Shown: piece after piece, positions 25,604-39,757 of the stretch | How the letters are laid out: every line of letters starts with the position of its first letter | How positions within the stretch are numbered: position 1 is the first letter of the stretch | Origin: Octopus sinensis | Taxonomy: Eukaryota | DNA: 64,000 nt | Direction: 5' to 3' | Assembly: GCF_006345805.1 (NCBI RefSeq) | Contig: NC_042998.1 | Span: 125,922,001 to 125,986,000 of the forward strand | Notes under the pieces: model-generated | Told to the model about the DNA's origin: nothing | Database searches by the model: none | The model's input: the letters and a program-made list of their open reading frames with translations, nothing else | Program-made: the position numbers and the translations under genes

Positions 25604-27186
25604 ATTTATGTCATTTCCTTTCGAAATGTCTAATTGCTATGTCTTCTTCTTGAATAATAAAAGAAGAATGCTAGAGTTTTGTATTTCAGGATGGTTATTA
25701 TTATTTTTTTTTTTGCCAAATAAACACACGCAATATATATTTTTTTTTTCTTCACTCGTTTATTACTGTTCTTATTTTATTATTTTAACACACGTCCATT
25801 GTTCGGAAATTTTTTGTCACAAATCTTCTTAGAAGAACAGAATAGAGTAAGTGGAGCAAGAACACAGACGAAAACGAAAAGTGTCGCTTAAGAGGTCACA
25901 GGTGTGTGATGAAAGGTTTCCGGACAATGGACATGAGTTAAAATAATAAAATAAGTACAGTAATAAAATGAGTGAGGAAAAATTATATAGTGCGTGTATT
26001 TATTTGGCACAAAAGAAATGACCGTCCCGAAATACAACAATATCTGTTTCAACACACGATTTCACTTCAGGAATCTTGCAAAACGAATTGATAAACGTAA
26101 TACTATTGTCGCTTTTGTTATACAGAGTAGGAACCTTTATAGTACCACTGGCAAATTGCAGTCTAGGCTGCCTCATTTATGCTGAGAAGAAAATAATAAA
26201 TTTTTATTATTGCAAATTCATACGTACTCAATTTAAATGACTTATATTTAATATTAAATTATATCATTTTTTTAATCCACCACATTTCATGACCTTATCT
26301 CATTTGAAATATTTCCCTTGGCTTAATTTTTGTTTTAAATACGTAAATCACACAGGCCCAAATTATTCTTATATGCGAAACTCTTTGTCGACTAATTAAA
26401 CAGACTTCAGAAGCCTATGCTATAATGATAAGGTTTAACAGACCAAAACATGCCCGTAGTTTTCCTTCACTTGCATGTAAGTTAATTTTGAGAGAGTAAT
26501 TATCAATTTCAGGAAATTATCTTCCCATCACTTTTTATTGGTTGGGGAGAGGCTTCTACAACTAAGAAGAACAATTTAATTAAGAATTTTTTGCTCCAGC
26601 ATTCAGTATATAATCATTTAAATTATTTACTTAAAATTATGTCCTTGACTCATTTAAGTAATTTTCCTTATTTATATTTGTTTTACAAATATTAAAGTAC
26701 TTTTGGGGTCTTTACGCTTAACTGTCTTTCGTTTTTGCTTCTTTTTTTTCCTCGTATGGATTTTATGAAACATGAACGACAGGCAGCATTAAATTTCTGC
26801 CACGATCCAGGGCTTCCCCATCTCTGATTCAATGAATAAGTTTATGAGAACCGTAGCTTGACGTAATGGATATTGCGTGGTTCATAAGCAACGATGTATT
26901 TACGAAATTAAGTCATTATTTAATGGGTTTACATTTTATGGTCTTTAATTACTGCTTTCTACAGTTTTTACTTCTAGTTTGATTGAATTTTGTAATCAAG
27001 TCTTTCGAATCAAATAAATTTTAAATATTTCATTACTGTTCTGATCAGTAATTCGAGTGTTTTAGTATTTCAAAATCTACAATGAAATTGATGTGACTTT
27101 CTTTTAGTACCTATAATGGAAAAAAAATAACAGTTGTTTTGATTATGCTGTCGAACAGGCAACATTATATAATATTTTCTACGTAT

Positions 27187-27347
27187 AGGAGAAGGCGTGG
27201 CTCCGTGGTAAGAAGTCTGCTTCCTTACCACATGGTTCTGAGTTCAATCTCATTGCGTGACACCTTGGGCAAGTTTCTTCTTCTATGGCCTCGGGCCGAC
27301 CAAAGCCTTGTAAGTGGATTTAGTAGGCGGTAACTGAAAGAAGCTCG

Positions 27348-27387
<40 letters not shown>

Positions 27388-27567
27388 CTTTGTGTTTGTC
27401 CCCCACTATCACTTGTCAACCGATATTTACGTCCCCATAACTTGGCGGTTCAGAAAAAGCACCGATAGAATAAGTACGAGGCTTTTAAAAAAATAAGTAC
27501 TGGGATCGATTTCCTTGGCAAAAATTCAAGGCGGTGTTCCAACATAGTCTAGTGACTGAAACAAAAG
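27187..27567 (+). mobile_element. SINE family B
   Basis: Head, core, internal (TG)n and tail. Confidence 0.88.
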
Positions 27568-28068
27568 ATAAAATATACAATAGATATTGGTATGTGTGTG
27601 TGTGTGTATGTATTCTGGGTTTTTTTAATGTATTTTCTACATATTTCTAAAAATCTGACTTTCGTAATTCAGTACAATTATATCTGACGTTATAATTTTA
27701 TGAATGGGAATCTCAATATGGCCGAATGTTTCGAGTTCTCTTCGCAATTATGAGGTTCCGGATTCGACCCCAATGCGTGGCATCTCTGGCAAGTGCCGTT
27801 CTCAATAGCCCCGAGTGATGCTATACCTTGGGAGTGAAATGAGCAAGACGAAAGCTGTAGATGGATTTTACTTGTAATTCAGAGGTCCAGCCTTGTCAAT
27901 GTATCTTGCTGATTTCAACTGAGAATCACATTAAGAGTGTACGTCTCTGTGGAAAACCCAGCCATTTACACGCCAACACAATACAATGAACCCGATAGTT
28001 TAGTTGATTGAACAGCTAATAACTCACGATCGAAAATGCTAACAAAGATCTATATTAGGAATGATATT

Positions 28069-28455
28069 TAGGCGGCAAAATTGTTAGCGGCATTGGTTCC
28101 GGCTTTTCCTAATGCCACTGAGGTCGACTTTGCCTTTCATCCTTTCGGGGTCGATAAAGTAAGTATGCAATCGACTAGTCCTCTCCCTTGAAATTGCTGG
28201 CCTTGTGTCAAAATTTGAAACCAATACTAAATATATGTAAAAAGGCAGCGAGCTGGCAGAATCGTTAGCACGCCGGGCAAAACGTTTAACGCCATTTCGT
28301 ATGTCTTTTACGTTCTGAGTTCAAATTCCACCGAGGCTGACTTCGCCTTTCTGCCTTCCAGGGTCGACAAAATAAGAACTAGTTTGGTTCAATGTAATCG
28401 ATTTACCTCCCCACCCCACCCGGAATTACTGGCCTTGTGCCAAAATTTGAAACCA
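28069..28455 (+). mobile_element. Two tandem SINE family A copies
   Basis: Core motifs near 28125 and 28335. Confidence 0.8.
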
Positions 28456-30319
28456 TTGTTAGGTGTCTTATTCTTGGTTGTTCATATAATACCAGATTGG
28501 ATTCGAACAAGCAACTTAAACTGTGAGTGATAATTGTCATATCCATTAGGTTCATGACCTTTCTATATTAAACTATTCCATCACTTCTCGTGTTATCCTA
28601 ATATCAGAACTTTTGAGAACCTGGGATATTTGCGAGATTAGAAACAAATTTGAAAAACTGAAAATTGCCTTAGCACAAATCTTGTGCTGTGACTTCTAGA
28701 TTAATCACTTGAGACTTAACGCAGATATGCATACTCTTAAAATTGTAACGAAAATAAGGTTTCTCTTTCGAAAAAATAATTTAAATGCTATTATCTACAA
28801 CTGATCTCCGACATTTAGCTATTTATATTGATTATGTTGCAACTGGTGACATTGTGTAAGTTTATGGCTTATACATACAAGTGAAGAAAACGAACTGAGA
28901 TGCATAAAAGCAGTGGTTATATAAATAACAGCAGCCTCGCGAGAAATGACTGAGATATTTCGCTTGCTGTGCGAATTAATACCAAGCACTTATTTTAACA
29001 AACAATAAATAAATATATAAATAATAAATTATGACTTGTCTGCGACTTGCTTCTTACTACAGTTGCGAATTCCTACAGTCTTCTTTTCGACTGCTCTGGT
29101 TTAATAGAGTAGTTGCCTCTTTTGTTGACCTTAATTTTTATTTCGTTGACTTGGAGCAACATTTTTTATACGCCTATCTCATCTAATCATTTAACACTTT
29201 ATATTTAGCATTTATAAATAGATAAAAATTCAAGCGGGGCCTCTTGTGGGAGCGGTGTATACTCACAAACACACATCCAGCCATACACATGCCCACACAT
29301 ACACACATGCGCACACATACAGATACGTATGCACAGACATAAAGCATTTTTTATGGGTACTTCTTTGAAGATTTGACACTAAGAGACTCAGAAACAGGAA
29401 CTAAATGCGAAAAATAGGATTGCATTAATTTGTTAAGATCTGATTTCTTTCCTGTCTGGTGAGTTTGAGGTTAAATTATAGAGTGTGTAGTTGCCAAAAG
29501 CATCGTTTTGGTTCAAAGCATTAAATTTTGGTCGTCATATATTTGTACAGCATGAAACATGGAGCAGTTAAGCAATGGAAAAAAAGCTATTTGTACTATG
29601 CATCTGATTAAAGCAATAAATTACACGTCACTCCTATAATGAGGAAGATTACTTGTGGTCAGTGGCAATGACATTACAAGGAAATTCTTAGTCACAGAGT
29701 ATTTAAAATTCAATAAATATTTTCAGTATCATAAAAACCGGGGGAATGTCAGAAACAGAAAAGCGCCAAATTTAATGTTTTTCTTCTGTATTGTGAGGTA
29801 AATCTCGCTCGAGTCAATTTCGCCTCTAGCTTCACTTGGACCAGTGAAGTAAGTAGCAAATGTGCACACAGATAGATTATACCCCTCCCTTGCAGCTTTC
29901 TACAATCTGCGGCTTTGTACAATCTGCGGTTTTGTACAAATGGGAGAAATCGTTATTCAACGTCTTGAGAGTTAGATGTCATTTGGCCAATTTAATGAGC
30001 CGTTTGCATTCTTCAGCATCTGAATAAGTTAATCAGATTGGAATAAATATCGAGATTATTTAATGCATTTATATTAAGAGCTTGAACCGAGCTCTGAGCC
30101 TTATCTAAATTATCTGCAGTACACAAACTGCAGGCTCAGTATCAATCACCGTTAAAAAATTAGCATTGACATACATGATTCGTACATGACTCAATTCTTT
30201 ACTATTGACTCTCTGCATGTGTGCATACACTAAAAATATACACACAAGCGCACACACACAAGCGCACACACACATGTGTATACACAACACACACATATAC
30301 ATGCAAACCAGTAAAGAGG

Positions 30320-30520
30320 CCACTCTAGAATGGTTCGACCTGCTAGAAATAACAGCTAAATCTCCCTCAAATCACACCCTCACCAACCACCCCCAAAGGA
30401 GACATTTACTAATGTAATAACGGATATATTATATCTGAAAAATAAAAGAAAGAATCGACACGAATAGAAAGTTTTTGATTATATGTTTGCTCAATCACGG
30501 CCGATCTAGGACTAAAAATT
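30320..30520 (-). repeat. Dispersed repeat family D (other copies ~9990-10160, ~37585-37745, ~56965-57135, ~62985-63110)
   Basis: Shared motif GACCTGCTAGAAATAACAGC(C/T)AA...AATCACACC and variants. Confidence 0.6.
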
Positions 30521-30764
30521 ACCACGACAGCAACAAAACACAAACATATACAAATAAAAGTGTATGTGTGTGTGCGTGCGCGCGTGTGTACGTGTGTACG
30601 TGTGTGCGTATGTGTCTGCTTGTCTATATGCATTTTGCATGTCTGTTAATAAAAAAGTGTGAACACTTTATCTCCAGCATCAACACTTTATTATGTTTTC
30701 TGGTCTTCATGAGTTCATTTTGATTGGATATTTTTTCTTCCTATATTCTTCATATTTCTATTAA

Positions 30765-30982
30765 TGGTTTCAAATTTTAGGCACAGAACCGGCAGTTTTT
30801 GAGGAGATGGAGAAGTCGATTACATAGATCCCAGTGCTCGCCTGGTATCTATTTTTATCGTTCCCGAAATGATGAAAGGCAAAGTTGACCTCTGCATAAT
30901 TTGAACACAGAACGTAAAGACGGATGAAATACTGCTAAGCATTTTGTCCGGTGTGCTGACAGTTCTGCCAGCTCGCCGCCTT
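30765..30982 (-). mobile_element. SINE family A
   Basis: Reverse head TTCTGCCAGCTCGCCGCCTT and core. Confidence 0.85.
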
Positions 30983-30994
30983 AACATTAATAAC

Positions 30995-31050
<56 letters not shown>

Positions 31051-32170
31051 AGAACAAAGCTTATTAAGACATAGGGAAGCCAAAAACCCAAACGAAGTTA
31101 AAAACCAGAAAAAGGAACAAAACTTATCTGACTGTCAGGAGAAGGCTTAGCATAGTAGATTCCCAAAGATTGTTGCAGCAAATAGTAGTGTGACATGGTT
31201 ATGGTTGCAGAAAGGAAGGCTGAGAAAGGAGACAGAAAGCTTGTTAGTAGCAGCACAGGATCAAGCATTAAGGACGAATTGGATAAAAACCAAGATAGAC
31301 AAAATCCAAATAGATTCCCAATGTAGGTTGTGTAAATCAAAAGAAGAAAGTGCTACACATATAGTAAGTGAATGTATCGTGTTGGCACAGAAGGAATACA
31401 AGAAAAGACATGACAACCTAAGGAGATTAATCCACTAGGAGTTATGTAGAAAGCTAGGATTTGACCATACTGATAAATGGTATGAAAGGTGGAGAGCTGG
31501 CAGAATCGTTAGCACGTCGGGCGAAATGCTTAGCTGTATTTCGGCTGCCGTTACGTTGTGAGTTCAAATTCCGCCGAGGTTGACTTTGCCATTCATCCTT
31601 TCGGGGTCGATAAATTAAGTACCAGTTACGCACTGGGGTCGATATAATCGACTGAATACCTATGTCTGTCCTTGTTTGTCCCCTCTATGTTTAGCCCCTT
31701 GTGGGTAATAAAGAAATAGGTATGAACAAGAACCTAGTAAAATACTAGAAAGTAAGAAATATAAGATGTTGTGGAACTTTAACATTCAAGCTGGCGGATT
31801 AATAGAAGATAGAAGGCCTGATTTAGTAGTAGTAGACAAAGAGAATAGAAAGTGCCAGATAATTGACTTTACAGTCCCAAATGATGAAAAAAATCAATAT
31901 GAGAAACCATTGAATTACAGAGGCTATGGAAAGTGCAGGTAAAATGTATCTCAGTAGTTATAGGTGCATTAGGAACTATCCCTAAAGATTTGAACAGATG
32001 GATAGAGGAAATGGACAGAAAACCCAGTTTAGTACAGCTGCAGAAAACAGTGTTATTAGGGACGGCTAGGATACTTAGGAGGATTTGGGGCATCTAAAGC
32101 TACTTGTTGTAGCCCGATGTTAGGAATTTTTATTTTCCAACAGTCTAATCTGTTGTGAGTAGATGAGTGA
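31051..32170 (+). mobile_element. 5'-truncated RLE-type LINE (R4/Dong-like), interrupted by a SINE
   Basis: Reads KETESLLVAAQDQAL, a CCHC knuckle CRLCKSKEESATHIVSEC, KRHDN, DKWYE|EP, the PD-(D/E)xK-type RRPDLVVVDKE..IIDF, and QKTVLLGTARILRRIWGI* (stop 32095-32097). Confidence 0.9.
31487..31718 (+). mobile_element. SINE family A nested in the R4-like LINE
   Basis: Same head, core and tail as 37324. TSD GGTATGAA lies at 31479-31486 and 31719-31726. Confidence 0.92.
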
Positions 32171-32177
32171 TAATAAT

Positions 32178-32382
32178 GGTTTCAAATTTTGGCAAAAGGC
32201 CAACAAGTTCGGGGCAGAGAGTACATTGACCCCAATTCTCCACTGGTACTTATTTTATCGACTCCGAAAAAATTAAAGGCAATGCCAACCTCGGCGGACA
32301 TTGAACGCAGAACGAAAAGACGAAGGAAATTCCGATAAGCATTTTGTCCATCGTGCTAACGGCTCCGCTAGCTCGCCGCCTT
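32178..32382 (-). mobile_element. SINE family A
   Basis: Reverse head and core. Confidence 0.82.
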
Positions 32383-32743
32383 CATATTTCTCATAATAAT
32401 TCAGTCTTACGTGTGGTATTATATGTTATTCTTACAGTGACATCATGTCTCGTAGGAATGCGATAACTTCGCTACTATCTTCTAGGTAAAACTGGCAATT
32501 ATGTTAATTATGTCTTTCACATGAACTTTGCACGTGTATAGATGTTTACACACAGCCGTATTTTGATGGATTGTGCGTGAATACAGAGAAAATTAGAATG
32601 GAATAGCTACTTAACGGTTCACTAGACAGGATCCTCAAATTGCACACCGTTTTAACCATATATTTTGTTCTTGGTCCTGTTAATACATACCTTGTGTCTA
32701 TCAACTGGAGCATCACTATCAGTCTCAAAGGAATGCGTGTGTG

Positions 32744-32807
<64 letters not shown>

Positions 32808-33346
32808 ATATATATATAAAACATAAGAAAATGGAGCGATCAATAGATAAACATCAATTTATTAACATAACATTAATTTTAAATTACCTACAATTGTTTC
32901 TACATTCAATTCATTCAAATTACAAATAATGAATTAAAGATGCTTTTTGAATATAGCGTATTGAATATTTCATCAAGATGAGAAATCGACACAAAAAGGA
33001 ATCACATCATAACCGTTCGAGTGATCATTAGTAGACTCATCATATCAACATTCATTCATTTATTTATGTGTGCGTGTTAATGCTTTTTTTTAACCGTTAC
33101 ATGTATATATGTAACGGCTTCTTTAATTTTTATTTTTGTGTGCGTGTTAAAGTATTTGAAAAACAAAGGAACCGTTAGATTTGCATATATAACACTTTCC
33201 GATACAGTTAAATGTAAGTAAAACTTTTTTTCCCTAAAATTCTATTACTAATTGTGAGAGTAAAAATGGTAGTATAGTTTATATTAGTTAATCAAAGATT
33301 ATTTTCTAAATTACTTAGAATATATATATAATATATAGAATATAGA

Positions 33347-33378
<32 letters not shown>

Positions 33379-33513
33379 TATATATATTATATATATATAT
33401 ATATAAATATGCATACGCACGTACATAACTACACTTGTACACAAACCTCTGTGTGTGTGTGTATGTGTGTGTGTGTATGTGTGTGTGAGTGTGTGTATGT
33501 TTATATATATATT

Positions 33514-33857
33514 GGTGCAGGAATGACTGTGTGGTAAGAAGCTTGCTTCCCAACCACATGATTCCGAGTTCAATCCCATTGTGTAGCATCTTGGGCAAGC
33601 ATCTTCTACTATAGCCTCAGGACGACCAAAGCCTTGTGAGTGAATTTGGTAGACGGAAACTGAAAGAAGCCCGTCGCATGTGTGTGTGCTTGTCCCTTAC
33701 CACCGCTTGACAGCTGTCCGTTCGGCAAAAGGCACCGATAGAATAAGCACCAGGCTTAAAAAATAAAAGTACTGGGGTCGATTTATTCGGTGAAAATTCT
33801 TCAAGGCGGAGCCCCACCATGGCCGCAGTCTAATGACTGAAACAAGTAAAAGAATAC
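33514..33857 (+). mobile_element. SINE family B
   Basis: Head, core and tail. Confidence 0.88.
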
Positions 33858-33877
33858 ACATGTATATGTATACACGC

Positions 33878-33929
<52 letters not shown>

Positions 33930-33932
<3 letters not shown>

Positions 33933-34147
33933 TTTCAAATTTTGGCACAAAGCCAGCAACTTCGGGGGAGAAGGTAAGTAGATTACATCTACTGCACTGC
34001 TCAGCTGGTACTTACTTTATCGACCTCGAAATGATGATGGAAAGTAAAGTCGATCCCGACTGAATTTGAACTCAGAACACGAAGACAGATGAAATACCAC
34101 TAAACATTTTGCCCGGCGTGCTAGCGATTCTGCCAGCTCGCCGCCTT
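33930..34147 (-). mobile_element. SINE family A
   Basis: Reverse head and core. Confidence 0.85.
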
Positions 34148-34744
34148 CTATCTACGTATTGATAGGTTAATGTTTACAAAGTGATACTTTGCTTTATATA
34201 TCAACTTAAACACAGAAACACTTATTAGTCAATCTTAGTTTTTCCCCCTTTAAGCAAATAAGTAGACAGCAGAATCGGTAGAGTGCTAGCCAAACTATTT
34301 CATGATGTTTAGGCTTCTCAACTTCCCGAAGAACTTAAGAGCTCTATACAGAAGAACATGGGTCATTGGCAGCTGAAACTGTAGAGTTCCAGAATACTGG
34401 TATGCGGTATTTTGTATGTTTGCGTATACTTGTAATCCCGTCTCGTGATACAGTTAACACACTGCCCCGCGTTTTCACTATACTATCTCCTTTCCATCGC
34501 TTACACACCATTAGGCCGGTTGGTGCTGGTTGCTTGCTTGCTTCAGTCGCACTTTACACTATATAGAGAGGTGGGAAAGAGAGGAAAGGAGAGAAATAGA
34601 AAGAATTAATATAAGAGATGTAGGGTGAATATACTCGTCATGCTTGATGGTAGGCAATGAGTAAATGAACGTTACACTCAGTGAAAAAGAATCAACGACA
34701 AGCGAGCAGGAGGAGGAGGAGGAAAAGGAGAGGAAATATATATA

Positions 34745-34826
<82 letters not shown>

Positions 34827-35605
34827 CATATACATACACACACACACACACATACATTTAATACCATCTAGCTAATGACCCCATAACGTGTTATTCGTTT
34901 GTAAATGAATCCTGTTCATTCCATCTTCTTGCTTTATAAATTTATATGTGTGTATGTGAGGAGAGAGAGAATGTAGGGAGGGAGGGAGGGAGGAGTGACA
35001 AAGAAAACTATTAATGAAGAAAGATTAAGAATCAGAGCATTAGGAAGACATAGAGCAGTAAGTGGGTTGCAAAATGAATCTAAAAGAAACAAACAAAAAC
35101 ATAGAATAAAAGAAATTAAGCAAAGAATAGCAGTAATGTTTGTAAAAGATACTCACAAATAAAGAAAGCAAAGAATTAAAGATCTGAGACAAACAGTTAC
35201 TACAAGATAAGAAAGTGATACTAAAGAACATAAAATCCACGATGAACAAATAAAAGATTTATCAAGTTGAGACCAACGGGGCAATTTGGGATTTCATGAC
35301 GACCATTTTTATAATAGAAACAAAGCTTGGACAGCCGTTACTCTTAGCCATAAAGATTTCTGCTGGGAAAGAACGCTAGTCGTTTGCAAAGTTAACCTCC
35401 CCACTCCAGCTGCTGATAGTACTTACTATCACCTGAATGAAGTGGAGCAGCGTGAAATGAAATGGATTGCTCAAGAACATAACACACCACTTGTTCCAGG
35501 AATCGAGCCCAGGCCACTGAAATACTCCAAAATGAAACAGAAGCCGATAAAAATATCAAAACACATCATAATACTGAGAGTTTTATATAAATATTTATAT
35601 ATGCT

Positions 35606-35820
35606 TCTTTATTACCTACAAGGAGCTAAACATAGAGGGGACAAACGAATTAAGTCGATTACATCGTCCCCAGTGCGTAATTGGTACTTAATTTATCGAC
35701 CCCGAAAGGATGAAAGGCAGAGTCGACCTCGGCGGAATTTGAACTCAGAACGTAGCGACGGGCGAAATACCGCGAAGCACTTCGCCCAGCGTGCTAACGT
35801 CTCTGCCAGCTCGCCGCCTT
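35606..35820 (-). mobile_element. SINE family A, long-tail variant
   Basis: Same tail as 37324 (GGGGCTAAACATAGAGGGGACAAAC-like). Confidence 0.88.
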
Positions 35821-36353
35821 TTATATAAATATTTATATAATTATATAAATATTTGATGTAAAGTATCTGTACTACATTATAACGTTACAAATATTACTAT
35901 AAAGAGTAACTTATACCTTATTGTGACAATTGGAGTAAACTGAATTCTGTGAAAGAGAGTAGAAGATATATATCACTGTGAATCGAAAAATCTATCCGTG
36001 TATGAAACGTGATGGATAACACTCTAAAATGCAGAAGTATCATATGAAATATAATATGGCATACTGTATTCTATATAATATATTTATATTATGATATATT
36101 ATTTATATAAAATATAAATACCACTGAGTAGCGCTATGAAATGTAAATATGATCTTTATATGAAACCTGCGCTATATTATCAAAGAAAATGTGGTTGAAT
36201 ATGTAACATGCCATATTGTTCAGTATTTGTACATAGAGTTGTTCTTACTCTTCGCTTCTAATCCTCATTCTCCATCTGTCTTACTTCTCACTCCCTATAA
36301 TCTGCTTCTCACTTTTCACAGTCAGTTTCTCATATTTTTAATTCTTCAAACTC

Positions 36354-36441
<88 letters not shown>

Positions 36442-36705
36442 AACAATGAGGAAAATACCTCGGGAGTTCATCCTTCATGCTGAATATACACATACCGTAG
36501 AGTTTCACATGCGTTATATAGTGATCTGAAAATGTTTAATAAAGTGAGATTATCTTTGCAATTAAACGACAAAATCTCCCTTTAGAGGTGTTTAGAATCT
36601 AAAAATAATATGCAAGGGAGATAATTCCAATCATATCCCATAGAAAATATTTTTGGAAGATAAAGAGTAGATTTTTGTCTTTTGGACCAACTGGTGAAAA
36701 CAAAG

Positions 36706-36736
36706 GACATGTTTCGATCTAGCTAGATCACATCAG
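36706..36736 (-). ncRNA. Minimal hammerhead-like core, degenerate
   Basis: Minus strand reads CUGAUGu-GAUCU-agcu-AGAUC-GAAAC-AU-GUC, with a palindromic stem III (ACAUGU). There is one core substitution and stem I is not evident. Confidence 0.4.
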
Positions 36737-37323
36737 CAAAGTATACTCACTGCAGTTCACTAGAATTAGAGTAATAAGTATATAGAGAGATAGAGAGAAT
36801 ATTGTGATACTGGTTATAAATATCAACAACGTGACTGAGGGAAAATACCTCACGCGATCGTATACACGCGCGCACACACGCATACACGTGTATGGGGATA
36901 AGTGTATAAGTATAATCGTAAGTCTTTACTGGCACCAACGCATGAGTGTCTTTTTAAGGAGAGGGAGAAATGAGATGCTTACAGTACGCGGAACGGAAAT
37001 GCTTTCAGCCTGAAATTGATATTGCATTGCAGTATCTGCCTACCAGAAACTCACGTTTTGCTTTTCAGCACTTGCAACATGTATCCAGTATTCCTTAGTA
37101 GCAAAATTAATAATTAATTAAAGTAGCCAATAGAAAGATCTCAGATGGAGCAAACATAAACAGCTTTCCTCCTTTAATGTCTTCTTTTGCAGTAAACACG
37201 ATATCTGACAACCAAGCCTACAGCCGTTAGTTCGTATCCTGCCACATGCTCTGTACAGTCTGTGACCAACACGCTTTGTTCTCAAACGACTCGATCCATT
37301 TAGCTAATAACGTGACACTTAGT

Positions 37324-37557
37324 AAGGCGCCGAGCTGGCAGAAACGTTAGCACGCCAGGCGAAATGTGTAGCCGTATTTCGTCTGCCGTTACGTTCTGAG
37401 TTCAAATTCCGCCGATGTCGACTTTGCCTTTCATCCTTTCGGGGTCGATAAATTAAGTACCAGTTACGCACTGGGGTCGATATAATCGACTTAATCCGTT
37501 TGTCTGTCCTTGTTTGTTCCCTCTGTGTTTAGCCCCTTGTGAGTAGTAAAGAAATAT
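37324..37557 (+). mobile_element. tRNA-derived SINE, family A, with a 17-bp TSD
   Basis: Has A-box TGGCAGAAACGTT, B-box GAGTTCAAATTCC and core GTCGACTTTGCCTTTCATCCTTTCGGGGTCGAT. TSD ATAACGTGACACTTAGT lies at 37307-37323 and 37558-37574. Confidence 0.92.
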
Positions 37558-38149
37558 ATAACGTGACACTTAGTGCTCTTAGCAACGCTCTGTTAGCTGC
37601 AAACAGCAACCAAATTTCTTCAAATTAAATCACACCGTCTAAAAAAGAAAGAATCATTAATTAATGTAATCATAGATATAAGACTGAATTGCATTTCAAC
37701 ACATGTCTGCTCAGTTAAAGCTGACCTAGTTCTAAACATCAACAAGATCAACGGCAGTAGCAGCAGCACTGTAAATTTGCCCGGGATCTCGTTGGTGCTG
37801 ACTTGAACTTCTGTGATTAATGCATGATAATCAATCAGTTCTCCCTTGTTGATATTTGCCAAGATACATTATATGAAGACAATGGTAGTTGTGGTGGGTG
37901 TTTACAAAATAGATATTATTTAAAATTATTTATCTTTAATAGATGATACCAAACTATATATTATTATATTATTACCCTCCATGTCATAGGATGCTAATGG
38001 GTACAAACTGAGACTTTTCCATTGACGTGATGTCAATTTCCGGTTGAAATAATTTCCTTATACCAACACAACGAAAGTTTGATTTCTTAAAACATGAAGC
38101 GTTTGTGACGGTGCCAGGTAAATACACACACTCACACGCACGCACACAC

Positions 38150-38562
38150 GAATGGCTGTGTGGTAAGTTGCTTGCTTACCAACCACATGGTTCCAGGTTC
38201 AGTCCCACTGCGTGGCACCCTGCTCAAGTGTCTTCTACTATAGCCTTGGGCCGACCAAAACCTTGTGAGTAGATTTGGTAGACGGAAACTGAAAGAAGCC
38301 CGTCAGATATATGTATATATGTGTTTGTGTATGTGTGTGTGTGTGTGTGTATGTTTGTGTGTCTGTGTTTGTCCCTCCAACATTGCTCGATAACCGCTGC
38401 TAGTGTGTTTGCGTCCCCGTAACTTAGCGGTTCGGCAAAAGTTACCGATAGAATAAGTATTAGGCTTACAAAGAATAAGTCCTGGAGTCGATTTGCTCGA
38501 CTAAAGGCGGTGCTTCAGCATGGCCACAGTCAAATGACTGAAACAAGTAAAAGAGTAAAAGA

Positions 38563-38564
<2 letters not shown>
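38150..38564 (+). mobile_element. SINE family B
   Basis: Same head, core and tail as 6420, with internal (TA)/(TG). Confidence 0.92.
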
Positions 38565-38639
<75 letters not shown>

Positions 38640-38654
38640 TCACAAATATATATA

Positions 38655-39757
38655 TCTTTATATATATAAAACTGAGAATGTGTGTCTGTCTGTCTGTGTG
38701 TTTCCCTAAAACTTGAGAACTTTTTGCCTAGGGCGAGTCCACAGCAATATCATATCTTCTCTACTACGATTCCCTAAAACTTGAGAACTACACAACCAAT
38801 TCCATTCAAATTTTACACATGCCTTACTTAGGGTCCATGTAGTTTCATGGGAAAAAAATGTTCAACTTCTTGCCTAGAGCGAGCCCATAGCAATATCATA
38901 TATTTTCCACTATTTCAGTATTACGTGTTAAAAGTGAAACAAAAACGTTTCTCTATTTTATGTCACATACGTTCACTTTAACAATAAAAATAATATTAAC
39001 AATTGAATTATATGTAGTAAGTACTAATTAAAATCAAACTAAAGTATAATATAATCGTAACATAACAAAAGTAAAAATAGCAATTGGTATAAAATTGCAT
39101 CAATGATTTGAACTTGAATAAGTGGTTTCACATGAATGGGAATAAATTAAAAATAAAATTAGCGTGCAGAAATGGAATAGTCCAGATGGATAATAAAAAA
39201 TTAAATTAAAGAAAAGACTATTGTCTATAAAGTATACAATGTAGAGAAAAAGAAGATTTGAACACATGGAAGAAAGCACCTTCGAAAAGTGTCTTGGTGC
39301 GACTATGACAGGTATCTAATTAGAGGCGGTAAATTCGCCACAATAGAAGCAAGGTTCGAGTCAACGGAGCGTGCTAGGGAGTACTCGACTCGAACTTGCA
39401 AAGTGGAAATATTTTATTTTCACCTTTATATCTGAGACGTAGGACGTCCCGGAAAAAAATTTTAAATGCCCCCCTCCCCACACACACACACAGAAGTAGA
39501 GGTAGGCTGGATTGTAGCCACACTTCTATACAAGAGGGAGGACAAGATACAATTGATCGAAATTACAAGAGACGGGCTAACAATTCCAGTCTGTTATATA
39601 TTTTGAGTATTGTTATCACTAGCGATATCAAGATATAACTTTGTATTTTATGTGTAGATGTATATATATAGATGTACATGTAATATGTATACATATATAT
39701 ACATATATATACATGCACTAGCACTATGACCCGGCAACGACGGGTCTTTAATGCTAG
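38655..39757 (+). mobile_element. Helitron-like element; continuity between the two ends is uncertain
   Basis: The 5' end is A^TCTTTATATATATAAA followed by TGTC repeats. The 3' end is the hairpin GACCCG-GCAACGA-CGGGTC then CTAG^T. Internal duplications lie at 38701/38771 and 38727/38873. Confidence 0.6.

Noticed and set aside
32691-32723. Possible 33-nt minus-strand micro-exon (TDSDAPVDRHK) with donor AAG|GTATGT
   Set aside because: The acceptor is a weak GAG next to a microsatellite, and no partner exons were found. It needs RNA-seq support.
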